Counted from the stretch's first letter, positions 11,401-20,701 are shown. The stretch is 64,000 nt of DNA from an uncultured bacterium (GCA_963768835.1 CAVYJB010000002.1:298466-362465); one strand, 5' to 3'. Notes: generated by a model not told the origin, from the sequence alone. Numbers and translations: made by a program.

Positions 11401-12536
11401 ACGTGACGGTCGCTCCCGGTGCGGTCAAATTCGTCTTCGCCAATGCGCCTGCCTCCGCCAACGCCGGAGACACCGTCACGTTCAATGTGGAGGCGGTGGA
11501 TTCTTTCGGAGCCGTCGACACCTCCTTCAACCAGGATGTGACGGTGACGAAGACGGGGAGCGCGAGCGGAGGCGGACTCGTGAATCTCGTGAGCGGCGTC
11601 GCGACAGTCACCATTACGGATATCACGGCCGAAAATGTTGCGCTTGGCTTGCAGGATACGCAGTCAACCGGCCTCGGCGTGACAAGCGTTGCCACGATTG
11701 CGTTTCTCGCCGCGCCAACGCCGGCCTCGGCGTCGGCATCGGGAGCCGCGGCTCCGCAAGGCGCAGCGCAAGGCGTGAAGCCGGGGATCAACATCACCTT
11801 TTCGGGCTGGGTATATCCCGGAGCTTCCATTTCCCTCGTCCGCAAAGATCTGGGATTAGCACAGGCGCCCGTGCTGCAAACGGCGAGCGGAGCGTCCGAC
11901 GGAAGCTTCGCGGTAAATCTGAATAATATTACCCGGCTGACGGGGCAAACCTATCTCCTTATCTTCGCGGATGAGAACGGGACGGTCTCGGAGACAAAGG
12001 CATACAATATCGCGCAAGGGCTGGAGAATTTGGTTAACAACAACATGGTGATTGCCCCGACGGTAGGATTCAGCGGGAATTCCGTGGTGAGCAAGGGGAA
12101 ACCCATTGTCATACAAGGATATGCGACTCCCCAGGCCACAGTGACTGTTTCTGTCGACGGTACAAGCGTGGGCACGGTGACGGTAAACAATGTTTCCGGT
12201 CAGTATCGTTATGTGCTCGACACAAATAGCCTAGCAACGGGGCGGCATTCAGTTGGAGCCACCCAGACGTACGACAAAATCCAGAGCGACAACTCAAGCC
12301 AGCAATCGTTCACGGTGTCTCCTCTCGCCAATCCGAAACTCGACTTGAACGGCGACGGCGTGATTGACATCAAGGACGTAAGCATCTACCTGTCGTACCT
12401 TAAGAATCTTGCTGCGGATGCCACGGGTTACCACACGACCGACCCGAATCTCCTGCGAGTTCTGGATCTAAATGGAGACGGGAAGATCGACGCGCAAGAC
12501 ATTAGCATCTTGCTCCACGCGACTAAGCTGCAGTAG
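8427..12536 (+). CDS. Large secreted surface protein with IPT/TIG and Ig-like repeats and C-terminal dockerin-like domain
   Basis: Signal peptide (...PSAFA); three IPT-like repeats (PTLxSISPTS...VNPxPGGGTS); paired DLNGDGVIDIKD / DLNGDGKIDAQD loops at the C-terminus. Confidence 0.88.
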   Translation: MTKESFKKIVASVLVTVAAFLFATPSAFAAVTVTAATGGSAISADTNTTNGVATWTTLTGPTITEATSRAISTGSGTIVLTRPSGFSFSTSTAVTATITRDAGSGSCFTFSSNTVTPTSSTITYTLTARDSNGSTRCHVTFSSIQVRPTAGTPLASGNITNTGSNASVPSGATDYGTLTEVAGAKNKLAYTTQPSTTATTSVDFTTKPVITLQDQYGNTRISDSASTITLSPVLSSQVCGGTAGSGTLSSTPASGAAVTAGVMTYTAMQYSFGEAVKICAISAGVTSALSNTVTVNNPIPTTSSISPTSTAAGGTQFTLTVNGTNFVSNSVVDWNGSPRTTTFGSANQVTATITAADIAAAGIASVKVVNPAPGGGTSNVQTFTVIHAVPTLASISPTSTNLGGGNFTLTLTGSGFDTSSTVDWGGSSRATTFVSSTQLTATILSTDIAVSGTHSVTVVNPTPGGGTSASQTFTVEHAAPTLTSVSPTSTTAGGSQFTLTLVGTGFDTSSTVQWNGSSRATTFVSSVQLTATITAGDIASAGTSTVTVVNPTPGGGTSNALTFTILAAASKFVILNPGGDTAGTPLTVTVQAQDSGSNLVSTYNGGVTLVATGTSVTGGGVVNIINGVGTSTVSTNVAQTVGLTLSDTQSTGFNVSSSQFVTFAPGPISAFTLNHPGSISTGARAAYVVGRKDQYNNPTSVSSTVVYLYSNSTSTTKSFFDAATGGNQISSTTIQAGSTSTLFWYYETIGGTYTITASDNSTAPDGAAGIADATDNVTVAPGAVKFVFANAPASANAGDTVTFNVEAVDSFGAVDTSFNQDVTVTKTGSGAPTGGGLVTIINGMGTSTVSDTLAETVSLALQDTQLTGLNVSSTASVVFSAGPATQFSLNHPGNMNTGTRLGYTVSRKDQYNNPTSVSSTVVYLYSNSTSTTKSFFDAATGGNQISSTTIQAGSTSTLFWYYETIGGTYTITASDNSTAPDGAAGIADATDNVTVAPGAVKFVFANAPASANAGDTVTFNVEAVDSFGAVDTSFNQDVTVTKTGSASGGGLVNLVSGVATVTITDITAENVALGLQDTQSTGLGVTSVATIAFLAAPTPASASASGAAAPQGAAQGVKPGINITFSGWVYPGASISLVRKDLGLAQAPVLQTASGASDGSFAVNLNNITRLTGQTYLLIFADENGTVSETKAYNIAQGLENLVNNNMVIAPTVGFSGNSVVSKGKPIVIQGYATPQATVTVSVDGTSVGTVTVNNVSGQYRYVLDTNSLATGRHSVGATQTYDKIQSDNSSQQSFTVSPLANPKLDLNGDGVIDIKDVSIYLSYLKNLAADATGYHTTDPNLLRVLDLNGDGKIDAQDISILLHATKLQ
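10496..11562 (+). repeat. Direct duplication of about 419 bp (10496-10914 and 11144-11562), offset 648 bp
   Basis: Both copies run from CCGCAAAGACCAGTACAAC to GAAGACGGGGAGCG and appear identical by eye; the translated blocks are identical. Confidence 0.9.
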
Positions 12537-12555
12537 GCTCCGGAACACTGCTATA

Positions 12556-14010
12556 ATGACTAGGATGCCAGGATATAAGAAGTTCATTGTTCTCCTTGCT
12601 GTCTTCTCCGCGTTTTCGTTTAGCGTTGCCAATGCAGCAACGACGCTCTTTTTGACATCGGACACGCCGCAGCCCGTCGTGGGCAATACGGTGAATGTGA
12701 CCGTTGATATCAATAGCGACCAACCTATCAACGCGGCGCAAGGAACCCTCTATTATCCGAGCGATATCCTCCAAGTGGAGCAGGTAACCCACGCAAGCTC
12801 CATCTTCGACATCTGGCTTGCGGAGCCGACCGTGAACGCATCCACCAGCCAGATCTCCTTTCTCGGCGGGAGCACCAACTCGTTCAGCGGTGGTTCGCTT
12901 CCGGTTTTTACCGTTGTGTTCCGGGTCCGCGGGGCCGGAAAGGGGACCGTCGGGTTCAATAGCGCCGAGGTGATAGCTGGCGACGGGACTGGTGCGAACA
13001 TCCTTTCCAGCTCAACCGACATGTCGGTTATGGCGGTTACGCCGGGCGCCACTTCGACGCCAGTGGCTGCCGCGCAAACACCCCCACCCCCGGTGCAGAT
13101 TAAGCGGCCCGCAGCACCCGCCGCAAAGTTGCCAGTCGCGCCGGTTCTTTCTGTGGGTCTATACCCGGACCAGAGCGGGTGGTACAACATCATCCGGAAT
13201 TTCTTGGTGCAGTGGCAATTGCCGCCGGACGTAAGCGACGTTGCGACCGCATTGAATCAGGATCCTCAATTCGACCCGACCGTTTCCGAGGGGCTATTCG
13301 ATAATAAAGTTTTTGGAGCCCTTCAGGAGGGTATTTGGTATCTGCATGTGCGCTTTAAGAACTCGGTCGGTTGGGGACCTACGACGCATTATCGGATCGG
13401 GATCGATACGACGCCTCCGCTACCGTTTATCGCCAAGATAAAAGAAGGGCCAGTGACGGAAGTATCGGCTCCGACGGTACAGTTTTCTACGCTGGCTCAG
13501 CCGTCGGGTATAGCTTTTTATCGGATACTGGTAGATGGAACCAGCGTAGGCATCTCCAGCAGCACCTCGTTTGTCCTCCCTTCGCTTTCTTTCGGTTTGC
13601 ATCAGGTTTCCGTACAAGCGGTGGACGATGCGGGGAACCTGACCGAGAGTCGGCTTTCGGTTACCATCTCCGAGCCGCCGTTCCTGGTGATTGCCGGCCT
13701 TAAGGTTACCGCTCCGATCTTTTTCCTGATCATTATCGGAGTTATTGTGATCGGAATTATCATCGGATGGGGGTTAGGGCGGAAGGTTAAGTCGCGGCGG
13801 CGAGCGCTTGAAACCATGGCGGTCCGAGACGTCGAACAATTGAGCAGTAATGTGATTAGCCAACTCGACGAGATTAAGAAACGGCTTGACGGTATGACGT
13901 CAACCGATTCCGCGCTGCGGATGGAAACGAGCAGTCTCGCCGAACAGGCGCGCGCCACCGCCGAGAAAATAAAGAAATATATCATGCAGGAGATTGAGAA
14001 ATTAAAATAG
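12556..14010 (+). CDS. Membrane-anchored cohesin-domain protein
   Basis: Signal peptide; cohesin-like VGNTVNVTVDINSDQPINAAQGTLYY...SIFDIW...VFTVVFR; Ig-like domains; C-terminal TM plus coiled coil. Start is 12556 or 12565. Confidence 0.8.
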   Translation: MTRMPGYKKFIVLLAVFSAFSFSVANAATTLFLTSDTPQPVVGNTVNVTVDINSDQPINAAQGTLYYPSDILQVEQVTHASSIFDIWLAEPTVNASTSQISFLGGSTNSFSGGSLPVFTVVFRVRGAGKGTVGFNSAEVIAGDGTGANILSSSTDMSVMAVTPGATSTPVAAAQTPPPPVQIKRPAAPAAKLPVAPVLSVGLYPDQSGWYNIIRNFLVQWQLPPDVSDVATALNQDPQFDPTVSEGLFDNKVFGALQEGIWYLHVRFKNSVGWGPTTHYRIGIDTTPPLPFIAKIKEGPVTEVSAPTVQFSTLAQPSGIAFYRILVDGTSVGISSSTSFVLPSLSFGLHQVSVQAVDDAGNLTESRLSVTISEPPFLVIAGLKVTAPIFFLIIIGVIVIGIIIGWGLGRKVKSRRRALETMAVRDVEQLSSNVISQLDEIKKRLDGMTSTDSALRMETSSLAEQARATAEKIKKYIMQEIEKLK

Positions 14011-14065
14011 ACCCCTAAAACGTCCGTCGGCGGTCGGTTTGCCGGAGTGTGATATAATAAATCTG

Positions 14066-14461
14066 GTGAAAAAACTTAGTAGTGAAAAATACAAAATAGC
14101 TGTCATCGAGGACGATGAAGTCATGTCCAAATCGCTCGTGGGCGAGCTGGAGGACGCTGAATTCAAAGTGGTGACGGCCTTTAATGGGGAGGACGGATAT
14201 TCGCTGGTGCTGAGAGAGAAGCCCGATCTCGTTCTTCTTGATATCGTTATGCCCAAGATGGACGGGATGACGATGATGAAAAACCTGCGCGCGTCCGGTG
14301 AGTACGGCGAACACGTACCGATTATCCTCCTCACGAACTTGAACGCCGACGACAAGACCATGGCGGGCGTCGTTCAGAACGAACCATCCTACTATCTCGT
14401 GAAGTCGAATTGGACCGTTGCCGATGTCGTCCAGAAAGTCCAAGATCGGTTGAGTACGTAG
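14066..14461 (+). CDS. Single-domain response regulator
   Basis: IAVIEDD, PDLVLLDIVMPKMDG, YYLVKS; GTG start 7 nt after TATAAT (14053-14058). Confidence 0.9.
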   Translation: MKKLSSEKYKIAVIEDDEVMSKSLVGELEDAEFKVVTAFNGEDGYSLVLREKPDLVLLDIVMPKMDGMTMMKNLRASGEYGEHVPIILLTNLNADDKTMAGVVQNEPSYYLVKSNWTVADVVQKVQDRLST

Positions 14462-14493
14462 GGGAGAGGAGCCTCAAGGAATCATTGAATAGA

Positions 14494-14523
14494 AAACCAC
14501 CTGTTGCGAGGTGGTTTTTGTTT
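14494..14523 (+). terminator. Intrinsic terminator
   Basis: AAAACCACCT-gttgcg-AGGTGGTTTT followed by a T-rich tail. Confidence 0.7.
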
Positions 14524-14576
14524 TATCCGTCCGCGCCGCATTAGCGGAGAGCTGTTTTTTTTGTTACCATTTTTCT

Positions 14577-15206
14577 GTGTATAAGGGATTTTTCACAAAA
14601 GAACACGTGAGGTCGCTCCTCGTCGCGTTCGTATTGCTGGGTCTCGCGATCGTATTCCAGTTCTATGCCTCCCTCTATTCCACGCGCGTCTCGAGCAATT
14701 TCGTGCATGACATCTTCCTTGATAACCTTCCCACCATCGACCTGAACGTGATTATTGTGGAAGGGGCGCTCTTAGCGATCGCCGGCACCGCCTTTCTCCT
14801 CGCCACAAAACCCCAGTATCTCATCTTCTCCCTGAAGGCGGTGGCGATTTTCATAGCGACCCGGGCGGTTTTCGTGTCCGTGACGCATCTCGGTATTTAT
14901 CCCGGACAAATCGGTCCCGATCCGACAGGGTTCTTCGACAACATCTACACCGGCCTAGGTCTTCAGGCGGGATACTTTTTCTCGGGCCATGTGGGGCTGC
15001 CGGTCCTGATGTCGCTCATCTTTTGGAAGGAACGGTTTTGGCGGTTCCTGTATATCGGGGCCGCGGTCGTCTTCGGCGCATCCGTCCTCATCGCCCACGT
15101 GCACTATTCTATCGATGTGCTCGCGGCCCCCTACATGACCTACTGCATCTTCAAGATATCACAGTACTTTTTCTCGGCGGACTATAAACTCATCACTGCG
15201 TCCTAA
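14577..15206 (+). CDS. PAP2-related / sphingomyelin-synthase-like membrane protein
   Basis: Multi-TM; YFFSGH and HVHYSIDV motifs; probable GTG start at 14577. Confidence 0.8.
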   Translation: MYKGFFTKEHVRSLLVAFVLLGLAIVFQFYASLYSTRVSSNFVHDIFLDNLPTIDLNVIIVEGALLAIAGTAFLLATKPQYLIFSLKAVAIFIATRAVFVSVTHLGIYPGQIGPDPTGFFDNIYTGLGLQAGYFFSGHVGLPVLMSLIFWKERFWRFLYIGAAVVFGASVLIAHVHYSIDVLAAPYMTYCIFKISQYFFSADYKLITAS

Positions 15207-15230
15207 GGGACCGCCATCGGAGCCACCACC

Positions 15231-15827
15231 ATGACGACCCTGTTGGCGAGAATTGGAGCGTACGCGGTCGCGTACCGGTACGGAGCCGTTTTCCTCCTCG
15301 CGGCCGTCGAGGGCCCGATGACGATGGTCGCCGGGGGCTTCCTGGTGCGACTCGGGGTTTTCAACCTGATCCCGCTCTACGCCTTCCTTTTGATGGGCGA
15401 CCTGACCGGCGACATCTTCTGGTATTGGGTGGGGCGCACGGGGGCACTCCCGTTCCTGGAGCGGTACGGGAGATTTCTCAGCGTCACGGACGAGATGGTG
15501 GAAAGAGTGAAGGGGATTTTTCAGCGGCACGGAGACAAGATCCTCTTTTTCTCGAAGATCACGATGGGGTTCGGATTCGCGCTCGTAACGCTTATGACCG
15601 CGGGTGCGACGCGGATTCCTCTGCGGAGATTCCTGTTTCTGAACTTCTCGGGAGGGCTTCTCTGGGTCGGGTTCCTCGTCGGTTTGGGCTATTTTCTCGG
15701 AAACCTGTATTCCTCGATCGAGGTCAGCTTCCAGTCACTTTCGATAGGAGCGCTCGTGGTCGTCCTGGGCGCGGCTCTCTACGGTTTCAGTCGGTTCATG
15801 CGCAGCTACTACGCGGTGCGTTTGTGA
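15231..15827 (+). CDS. DedA family protein
   Basis: GDLTGDIFWYWVGR, FQRHGDKILFFSK, FLFLNFSGGLLW. Confidence 0.88.
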   Translation: MTTLLARIGAYAVAYRYGAVFLLAAVEGPMTMVAGGFLVRLGVFNLIPLYAFLLMGDLTGDIFWYWVGRTGALPFLERYGRFLSVTDEMVERVKGIFQRHGDKILFFSKITMGFGFALVTLMTAGATRIPLRRFLFLNFSGGLLWVGFLVGLGYFLGNLYSSIEVSFQSLSIGALVVVLGAALYGFSRFMRSYYAVRL

Positions 15828-15905
15828 TTTCCGGGCGGTCGCGCAGAACCTTCTTCCGCGGGTGCCCGGCCCTTCGCCGAAGCAGCCGGCAGGGGAGCGA
15901 AGGCA

Positions 15906-15935
15906 TTGACAAATAGAGCACAAATATGCTATATT
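15906..15935 (+). promoter_or_regulatory. Sigma70-type promoter
   Basis: TTGACA-18 nt-TATATT with TG extension, upstream of the SD-led ORF at 15991. Confidence 0.6.
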
Positions 15936-15990
15936 CTGGCCAGCAGGGACATGATGGTTTCCATTCACAATTCCACCAGGGAGGTCTCCT

Positions 15991-16659
15991 ATGTACTTCC
16001 GAAGGAGGGTTCACACGAGTCCGCTCCGAGTCCGTGCCAAAAAGGTGCTCACGACGATTTGGAAATGCCTTCTTCTTTGCATCTGGCCCGTCCTGATCGG
16101 CGTCGCGGGTTCTCTTGCATGGTACCAGTGGCTTTTCAGAGCCGATATTCATTTCGAGGAAAAGCTCGAAGGCATCATCACGGCCGCGTGGATCCCCGAG
16201 TTCGGGATTCTCTACAGTTTGTTGGTGGCGATCGCCGTGAATACCGTATGGACGGAATACAAGTCTATGCGGACCGCGGTCAAACGGTACGATCTCGACA
16301 CGTTCATTGACCTCGTCGACGAAGACCTTTCCCCGCTGGTGCACACCATGGTGCTGGTTGCCTCATTCGCGGTGCTCGCGGGGTTTCTGCTCCTCAAGTA
16401 TCCCGGTCCATGGAGCGGGGGCATCCTCATCTTCGGCGTCACGTTTCTGCTCGCGCTCATGTACATCATGATTCTCGAGATCGATGATCCGTGCTCGGGG
16501 TTGTGGTACATCAAGAGCATTCCCGAGGAGTGGCTCGAAATCGACGCGAAAGAATACCGCAGGAAACGCTGCGAGGAAAGCCGCGCCCAGTACCTCAAGA
16601 AGAACGGCCACGCCAAACGGGACGGGGAGGCCCTCATGAAAGTCCTGCAGCACGGGTAA
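15991..16659 (+). CDS. Hypothetical membrane protein (DUF4239-like)
   Basis: About four TM segments; FGILYSLLVAIAVNTVW...LEIDDPCSG; GGAGG SD. Family call tentative. Confidence 0.65.
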   Translation: MYFRRRVHTSPLRVRAKKVLTTIWKCLLLCIWPVLIGVAGSLAWYQWLFRADIHFEEKLEGIITAAWIPEFGILYSLLVAIAVNTVWTEYKSMRTAVKRYDLDTFIDLVDEDLSPLVHTMVLVASFAVLAGFLLLKYPGPWSGGILIFGVTFLLALMYIMILEIDDPCSGLWYIKSIPEEWLEIDAKEYRRKRCEESRAQYLKKNGHAKRDGEALMKVLQHG

Positions 16660-16784
16660 CCCCTGCAGTTCTCCCAAACCATTCGGATGCGGCACGCCGC
16701 AGACCGACATTTTCTCACTATGAAGCCCAGCTTTGCTGGGCTTTTCCTTTGTGTTCCCCGCAGAAGTAACGTATTCTTTTGGTA

Positions 16785-17276
16785 ATGAGAACTCTCTCCG
16801 AAAAAACCTACCACCGCTTCTTCACCTGGGGCGTGGTCATTAAGGCGCTCATCAGCCTCGGTGAGATCGCGCTCGGCCTCCTATTCTACTTTTTCAGCCA
16901 GGAGGCCGTCCGCGCCACCATCCTGACGATCATCGGGACCGAGATGCACGAGGTGCCCCCCGATTTCTTTTCCAATCTGCTCCTTCGGGGGTTCCAGGAT
17001 TTCACGGTCACGTCCCAGTCGGTCTGGGCGTTCATCCTTCTCTCGCACGGCATCGTGAAAACATTTTTCATCGGAGGGCTTCTGCGCAACAAGGAATGGG
17101 CTTATCCCACATCCGCGGTCGTCTTCACCCTGTTCGTGTTCTACCAGCTCTACCAGCTGAGCTACGCGCCCTCCGTGTTCCTCTGGCTCATCACGATCTT
17201 CGATATCGTTCTCGTCGGGCTGATTGTACACGAGTACGTGCATCGGCGGAGACGCCGCGCGCTGGCGAGCGCGTAG
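16785..17276 (+). CDS. DUF2127 family membrane protein
   Basis: HRFFTWGVVIKALISLGE...LLSHGIVK...WAYP...FYQLY pattern. Confidence 0.8.
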   Translation: MRTLSEKTYHRFFTWGVVIKALISLGEIALGLLFYFFSQEAVRATILTIIGTEMHEVPPDFFSNLLLRGFQDFTVTSQSVWAFILLSHGIVKTFFIGGLLRNKEWAYPTSAVVFTLFVFYQLYQLSYAPSVFLWLITIFDIVLVGLIVHEYVHRRRRRALASA

Positions 17277-17361
17277 AGCGAGAAGCCGTGGAGCCCGTTG
17301 ACATTGCATGGGGGGTAGGGATAATCCAGAGAGAACATTCATAGACGAAGAAGGAGGGGCC

Positions 17362-17826
17362 ATGGGAAGGGTAGTGCGCATCTATATCGCCTCCGACAAA
17401 GGACAGCCGATGCAGGAGGTTTGGTCGGTGCGGGCGATTCCTGTACGAGGTCTCGAAGGCGATCGGTATATGCTCGGGCGCGGGATGTATTCCGATTCGA
17501 AGCGCCCAACGGTCCGGGACGTGTCGCTCATCGCGTTCGAGGCGATTGTGGCCGCAAACGCAGGACTCCCTCAACCGTTCTTGCCGAGCGAAACTCGGCG
17601 GAACATCGTGACGGAAGGCATCGACCTGAATCTTCTGGTCGAGAAGCGGTTCGTAGTGGGCGAGGTGCAGATGCGGGGCGTGGAGCTCTGCAGTCCCTGC
17701 AAACATCCCGAACGTCTCGTCGGGAAGGAAGGCTTCGAGAAGGCATTCGAGGGACGCGGCGGCCTGCGGGCAGCCATTCTTTCGAACGGAACCATTACCG
17801 TCGGCGATTCGGTTGACGTGGCATAA
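17362..17826 (+). CDS. MOSC domain protein
   Basis: GLEGDRY, RRNIVTEGIDL, LCSPCKH, GRGGLRA; AGGAGG SD; TTGACA promoter upstream. Confidence 0.92.
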   Translation: MGRVVRIYIASDKGQPMQEVWSVRAIPVRGLEGDRYMLGRGMYSDSKRPTVRDVSLIAFEAIVAANAGLPQPFLPSETRRNIVTEGIDLNLLVEKRFVVGEVQMRGVELCSPCKHPERLVGKEGFEKAFEGRGGLRAAILSNGTITVGDSVDVA

Positions 17827-17840
17827 CCACCCATTTTTAG

Positions 17841-17871
17841 AAGGGCCGAGCGGCAATGCTCGGCTCTTTTT
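17841..17871 (+). terminator. Intrinsic terminator
   Basis: GGGCCGAGC-ggcaat-GCTCGGCTC followed by a T-run. Confidence 0.65.
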
Positions 17872-17999
17872 ATACCCCGCAGGGCTTGTAAGGCTTATTT
17901 TATTTATGTATTTAGGGGCTTGTGGCTCCGCGATTGGGGGATGGTATAATAGGTACTAAATTTACCAACAGTCGTCCATTAACCAACTTTTATAGTTCC

Positions 18000-19298
18000 A
18001 TGACCACATTTCAGAGAAGGTTCGTGTGCGGTGCGGTGGTGGTGGGTGCCCTTGCGCTCGTGGCGGGCGGGGCGGCGGCGTTCGGGAAGGGAGTCGATCC
18101 GACTCAACTTCTCGCGCAGGAACAGGCGCGATTTGCGCAGATACGCGAGGAGATTCAGGCGCGACTCGCCGGGCTCGCATCCGTGCAGCACCAGAGTGTC
18201 TGTGCGACCGCAGAGGCGGATGGCGTACGATGTCACGCGCGCGTCGTCGTGGATGCCGGCGGGTCACCCCACGTGAGCGTGGCTCCCAGCGGATACGGAC
18301 CTCAGCAGTTTGTCGGTGCGTACGGCCTTGGCGGCGTCGCCGCGTCGAATCCCGGTCCCGTCATCGGTATCGTGGATGCGTACGATGACCCGCGCGCCGC
18401 GAGCGACCTCGCGACCTACAGCTCCACCTTCGGCATCCCGAAGCTGCCGACCTGCAGCGGTTCCATTGCCGCGTCGGGGGCGCCCTGCTTCCAGAAGATG
18501 GGGGAAACCGGCAGCACCGTTTTTCTCCCGCGCTCGAACTCAGGGTGGGATCTTGAGATTTCCCTCGACATCGAGGCAGCGCATGCGGCGTGCCAGAACT
18601 GCCGCATCTTGCTCGTCGAGGCGAACTCCGCGAGCTATACAGATCTCATGAAAGCTGTCGACACGGCGGTCGCGAAAGGAGCGCAGGCGGTATCCGGCTC
18701 CTGGGGCTCGGGCGAGTTCTCGAGTGAGAGCTCCTACGACAGCCACTTCAATAAGAGCGGTGTCGCGTTCACCTTCAGCGCCGGGGACGGGGGCTACGGT
18801 GCTTCCTATCCCGCATCCTCTCCCTACGTCACGGCGGTAGGCGGTACGAGCCTGCTTCTGAACCCCGACGGCTCCTACCTCGGCGAGAGCGCCTGGAGCG
18901 GGACGGGGAGCGGCTGCAGCGCCTACGAGGGGAAGCCCACGTGGCAGAAAGACCCGGCGTGCGCCAAACGCACCGTCACGGACGTTTCGGCGGATGCGGA
19001 TCCGGCGACCGGAGCCGCGGTCTATGACAGCGTGTCGTACTACGGCCGATCCGGATGGTTCCAGGTGGGCGGTACGAGCCTTTCCTCTCCGCTCATTGCG
19101 GCAACCTACGCGCTTCGGGGCGTTCCCGCGGGAACCCACGGCAACTCGCTGCCCTATGCGCAGGGAACCGGGCTTAACCTGCACGACGTGATGACGGGTG
19201 CGAACGGCAGCTGCGGCGGGAGCTACCTTTGCACGGCCGCGGCGGGCTACGACGGGCCGACCGGGCTCGGTACGCCGAACGGGACCAGCGCCTTCTAG
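18000..19298 (+). CDS. Secreted S53 (sedolisin-like) serine peptidase
   Basis: Signal peptide; WDLEISLDIE (E/D), SAGDGG, YPASSPYVTAVGGT, VGGTSLSSP (Ser), GYDGPTGLGTP. Confidence 0.92.
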   Translation: MTTFQRRFVCGAVVVGALALVAGGAAAFGKGVDPTQLLAQEQARFAQIREEIQARLAGLASVQHQSVCATAEADGVRCHARVVVDAGGSPHVSVAPSGYGPQQFVGAYGLGGVAASNPGPVIGIVDAYDDPRAASDLATYSSTFGIPKLPTCSGSIAASGAPCFQKMGETGSTVFLPRSNSGWDLEISLDIEAAHAACQNCRILLVEANSASYTDLMKAVDTAVAKGAQAVSGSWGSGEFSSESSYDSHFNKSGVAFTFSAGDGGYGASYPASSPYVTAVGGTSLLLNPDGSYLGESAWSGTGSGCSAYEGKPTWQKDPACAKRTVTDVSADADPATGAAVYDSVSYYGRSGWFQVGGTSLSSPLIAATYALRGVPAGTHGNSLPYAQGTGLNLHDVMTGANGSCGGSYLCTAAAGYDGPTGLGTPNGTSAF

Positions 19299-19320
19299 GT
19301 TCCCAAAGTCTTCGTTTAAC

Positions 19321-19356
19321 ATAATCCCGCTCCAACGACCATTGGAGCGGGATTAT
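19321..19356. terminator. Bidirectional terminator between convergent genes
   Basis: 15-bp inverted repeat ATAATCCCGCTCCAA / TTGGAGCGGGATTAT. Confidence 0.7.
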
Positions 19357-19393
19357 TCATTTCAGACTTTTGTTTTTCTTAAGAAGAGCGTTG

Positions 19394-19759
19394 TTAGTCG
19401 TCACCGGCGCCGGAATCATCACCTCCGCGTTCCCTCTCGTTTTCCCGGTTTGTCGGTTGTCCGCTCCCGGGGGTGAGAGGGATAGGGCGGGGGCTTCGGG
19501 TGACGGTGCTCGGCGGTACGGGGTTGGTCGCGGAGGAAGGAACCGGTGCTGCCGCAGTGGTGACTTTCCGAGGAACAAGCTTCGGTTTCTCTACTACGGG
19601 GGGAGCCTGGATGTGGGCCGCAGGTGCGCTGTCGGTCGCGGCGGTGGGGGTGGGGATGCCGGAAGGCCCGACGAGATAATAGTGAGCGGCTGCGCCGGTC
19701 CCAATAATGGTGGCACCGATGGCCGAGAAATATAATGCCTTGGTTATGATTTTGCGCAT
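19394..19759 (-). CDS. Hypothetical Pro/Thr-rich membrane-anchored protein
   Basis: N-terminal TM, low-complexity body, acidic tail. Confidence 0.6.
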   Translation of the reverse strand: MRKIITKALYFSAIGATIIGTGAAAHYYLVGPSGIPTPTAATDSAPAAHIQAPPVVEKPKLVPRKVTTAAAPVPSSATNPVPPSTVTRSPRPIPLTPGSGQPTNRENERERGGDDSGAGDD

Positions 19760-19848
19760 GGAGGGTGGTACGCAAACATCCTAGGAACGTTACGCCTTCT
19801 TAAAACAAAAGCGCCCCGGCGGGGCGCTTGCTTGGAAGGGCCGTGGGT

Positions 19849-20097
19849 CTAGTGCATATGGTCCGCCTTTTCTCCGTCCCGCATGGAGTCCTTGTGGGCA
19901 CGGCACTTTTCGCAGTTTTCCTTGTTGCAGTGCCAGCACCACCATCCGCAGTGCCCATGGCGGCGCGACATGATGCCGAAGCCGATGGCAATGACGATGA
20001 GGGGCCAGAGAATGCTCCAGAGGTCCCCACTCAGGATTCCGAGGTTCTGGAGGAGAAGGGCGGCGCCCACGACGATAACGATGATTCCGAAGAACAT
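19849..20097 (-). CDS. LiaI/LiaF-like (DUF5668-type) small membrane protein with Cys/His-rich tail
   Basis: MFFGIIVIVVGAALLLQNLGIL...WSILWPLIVIAIG; tail HCGWWCWHC...CEKC. Confidence 0.75.
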   Translation of the reverse strand: MFFGIIVIVVGAALLLQNLGILSGDLWSILWPLIVIAIGFGIMSRRHGHCGWWCWHCNKENCEKCRAHKDSMRDGEKADHMH

Positions 20098-20205
20098 GGT
20101 GTTCGTTGACGTTCCGTTCAATACCCGACCTTTCAAGCGTTATTGTAACACGCTCCATGTTCGCCTCCAACGCCGGGGCGGGTTTGATAGAATAGTAGCA
20201 TAGAG

Positions 20206-20697
20206 ATGCCTATGGCCAAGGAAGAAAAGCTCGCGGCAAAATTCCTTCTCGTGATGACCGCGGTGGCAATCCCCGCGTTCCTCTACGGGGCTTATATCTG
20301 GCCGCCGACGCTTGCAACGACTCCGACCTCCGTCCAATATTTCATGTTGATGTTCATGGCGGTCTTGGACGCCTATGTTCTCGGCATCGGGGTCGCTTTC
20401 TTGATCTTTGGGTGGCCGCTCGTCCGAAACACCTCCGTCCTCTCACGCCGGGAAGCGATCGCGACGTTCCTCGCGATTGCGTGGATACTCCTTTCGTGGT
20501 GGCCGCATAACAATCTTCAGGCCATTATCGGGCAGCGGCTCGCGGGAGGAAATCTGGAGGGCGCCTCCTATATCTCTGCTCTCCTCTATATTGAATACGT
20601 GTTCCGGTTTCTGCTTACCATGGCCGGCGTTACGCTCTCCTTCGTTTTCTTTTCGGTCCTAAGACGGCACCCGCCGGATTCCGGGACCTTGCTCTAG
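20206..20697 (+). CDS. Hypothetical integral membrane protein
   Basis: Four TM segments; SWWPHNNL motif. Confidence 0.7.
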   Translation: MPMAKEEKLAAKFLLVMTAVAIPAFLYGAYIWPPTLATTPTSVQYFMLMFMAVLDAYVLGIGVAFLIFGWPLVRNTSVLSRREAIATFLAIAWILLSWWPHNNLQAIIGQRLAGGNLEGASYISALLYIEYVFRFLLTMAGVTLSFVFFSVLRRHPPDSGTLL

Positions 20698-20701
20698 ACG
20701 C

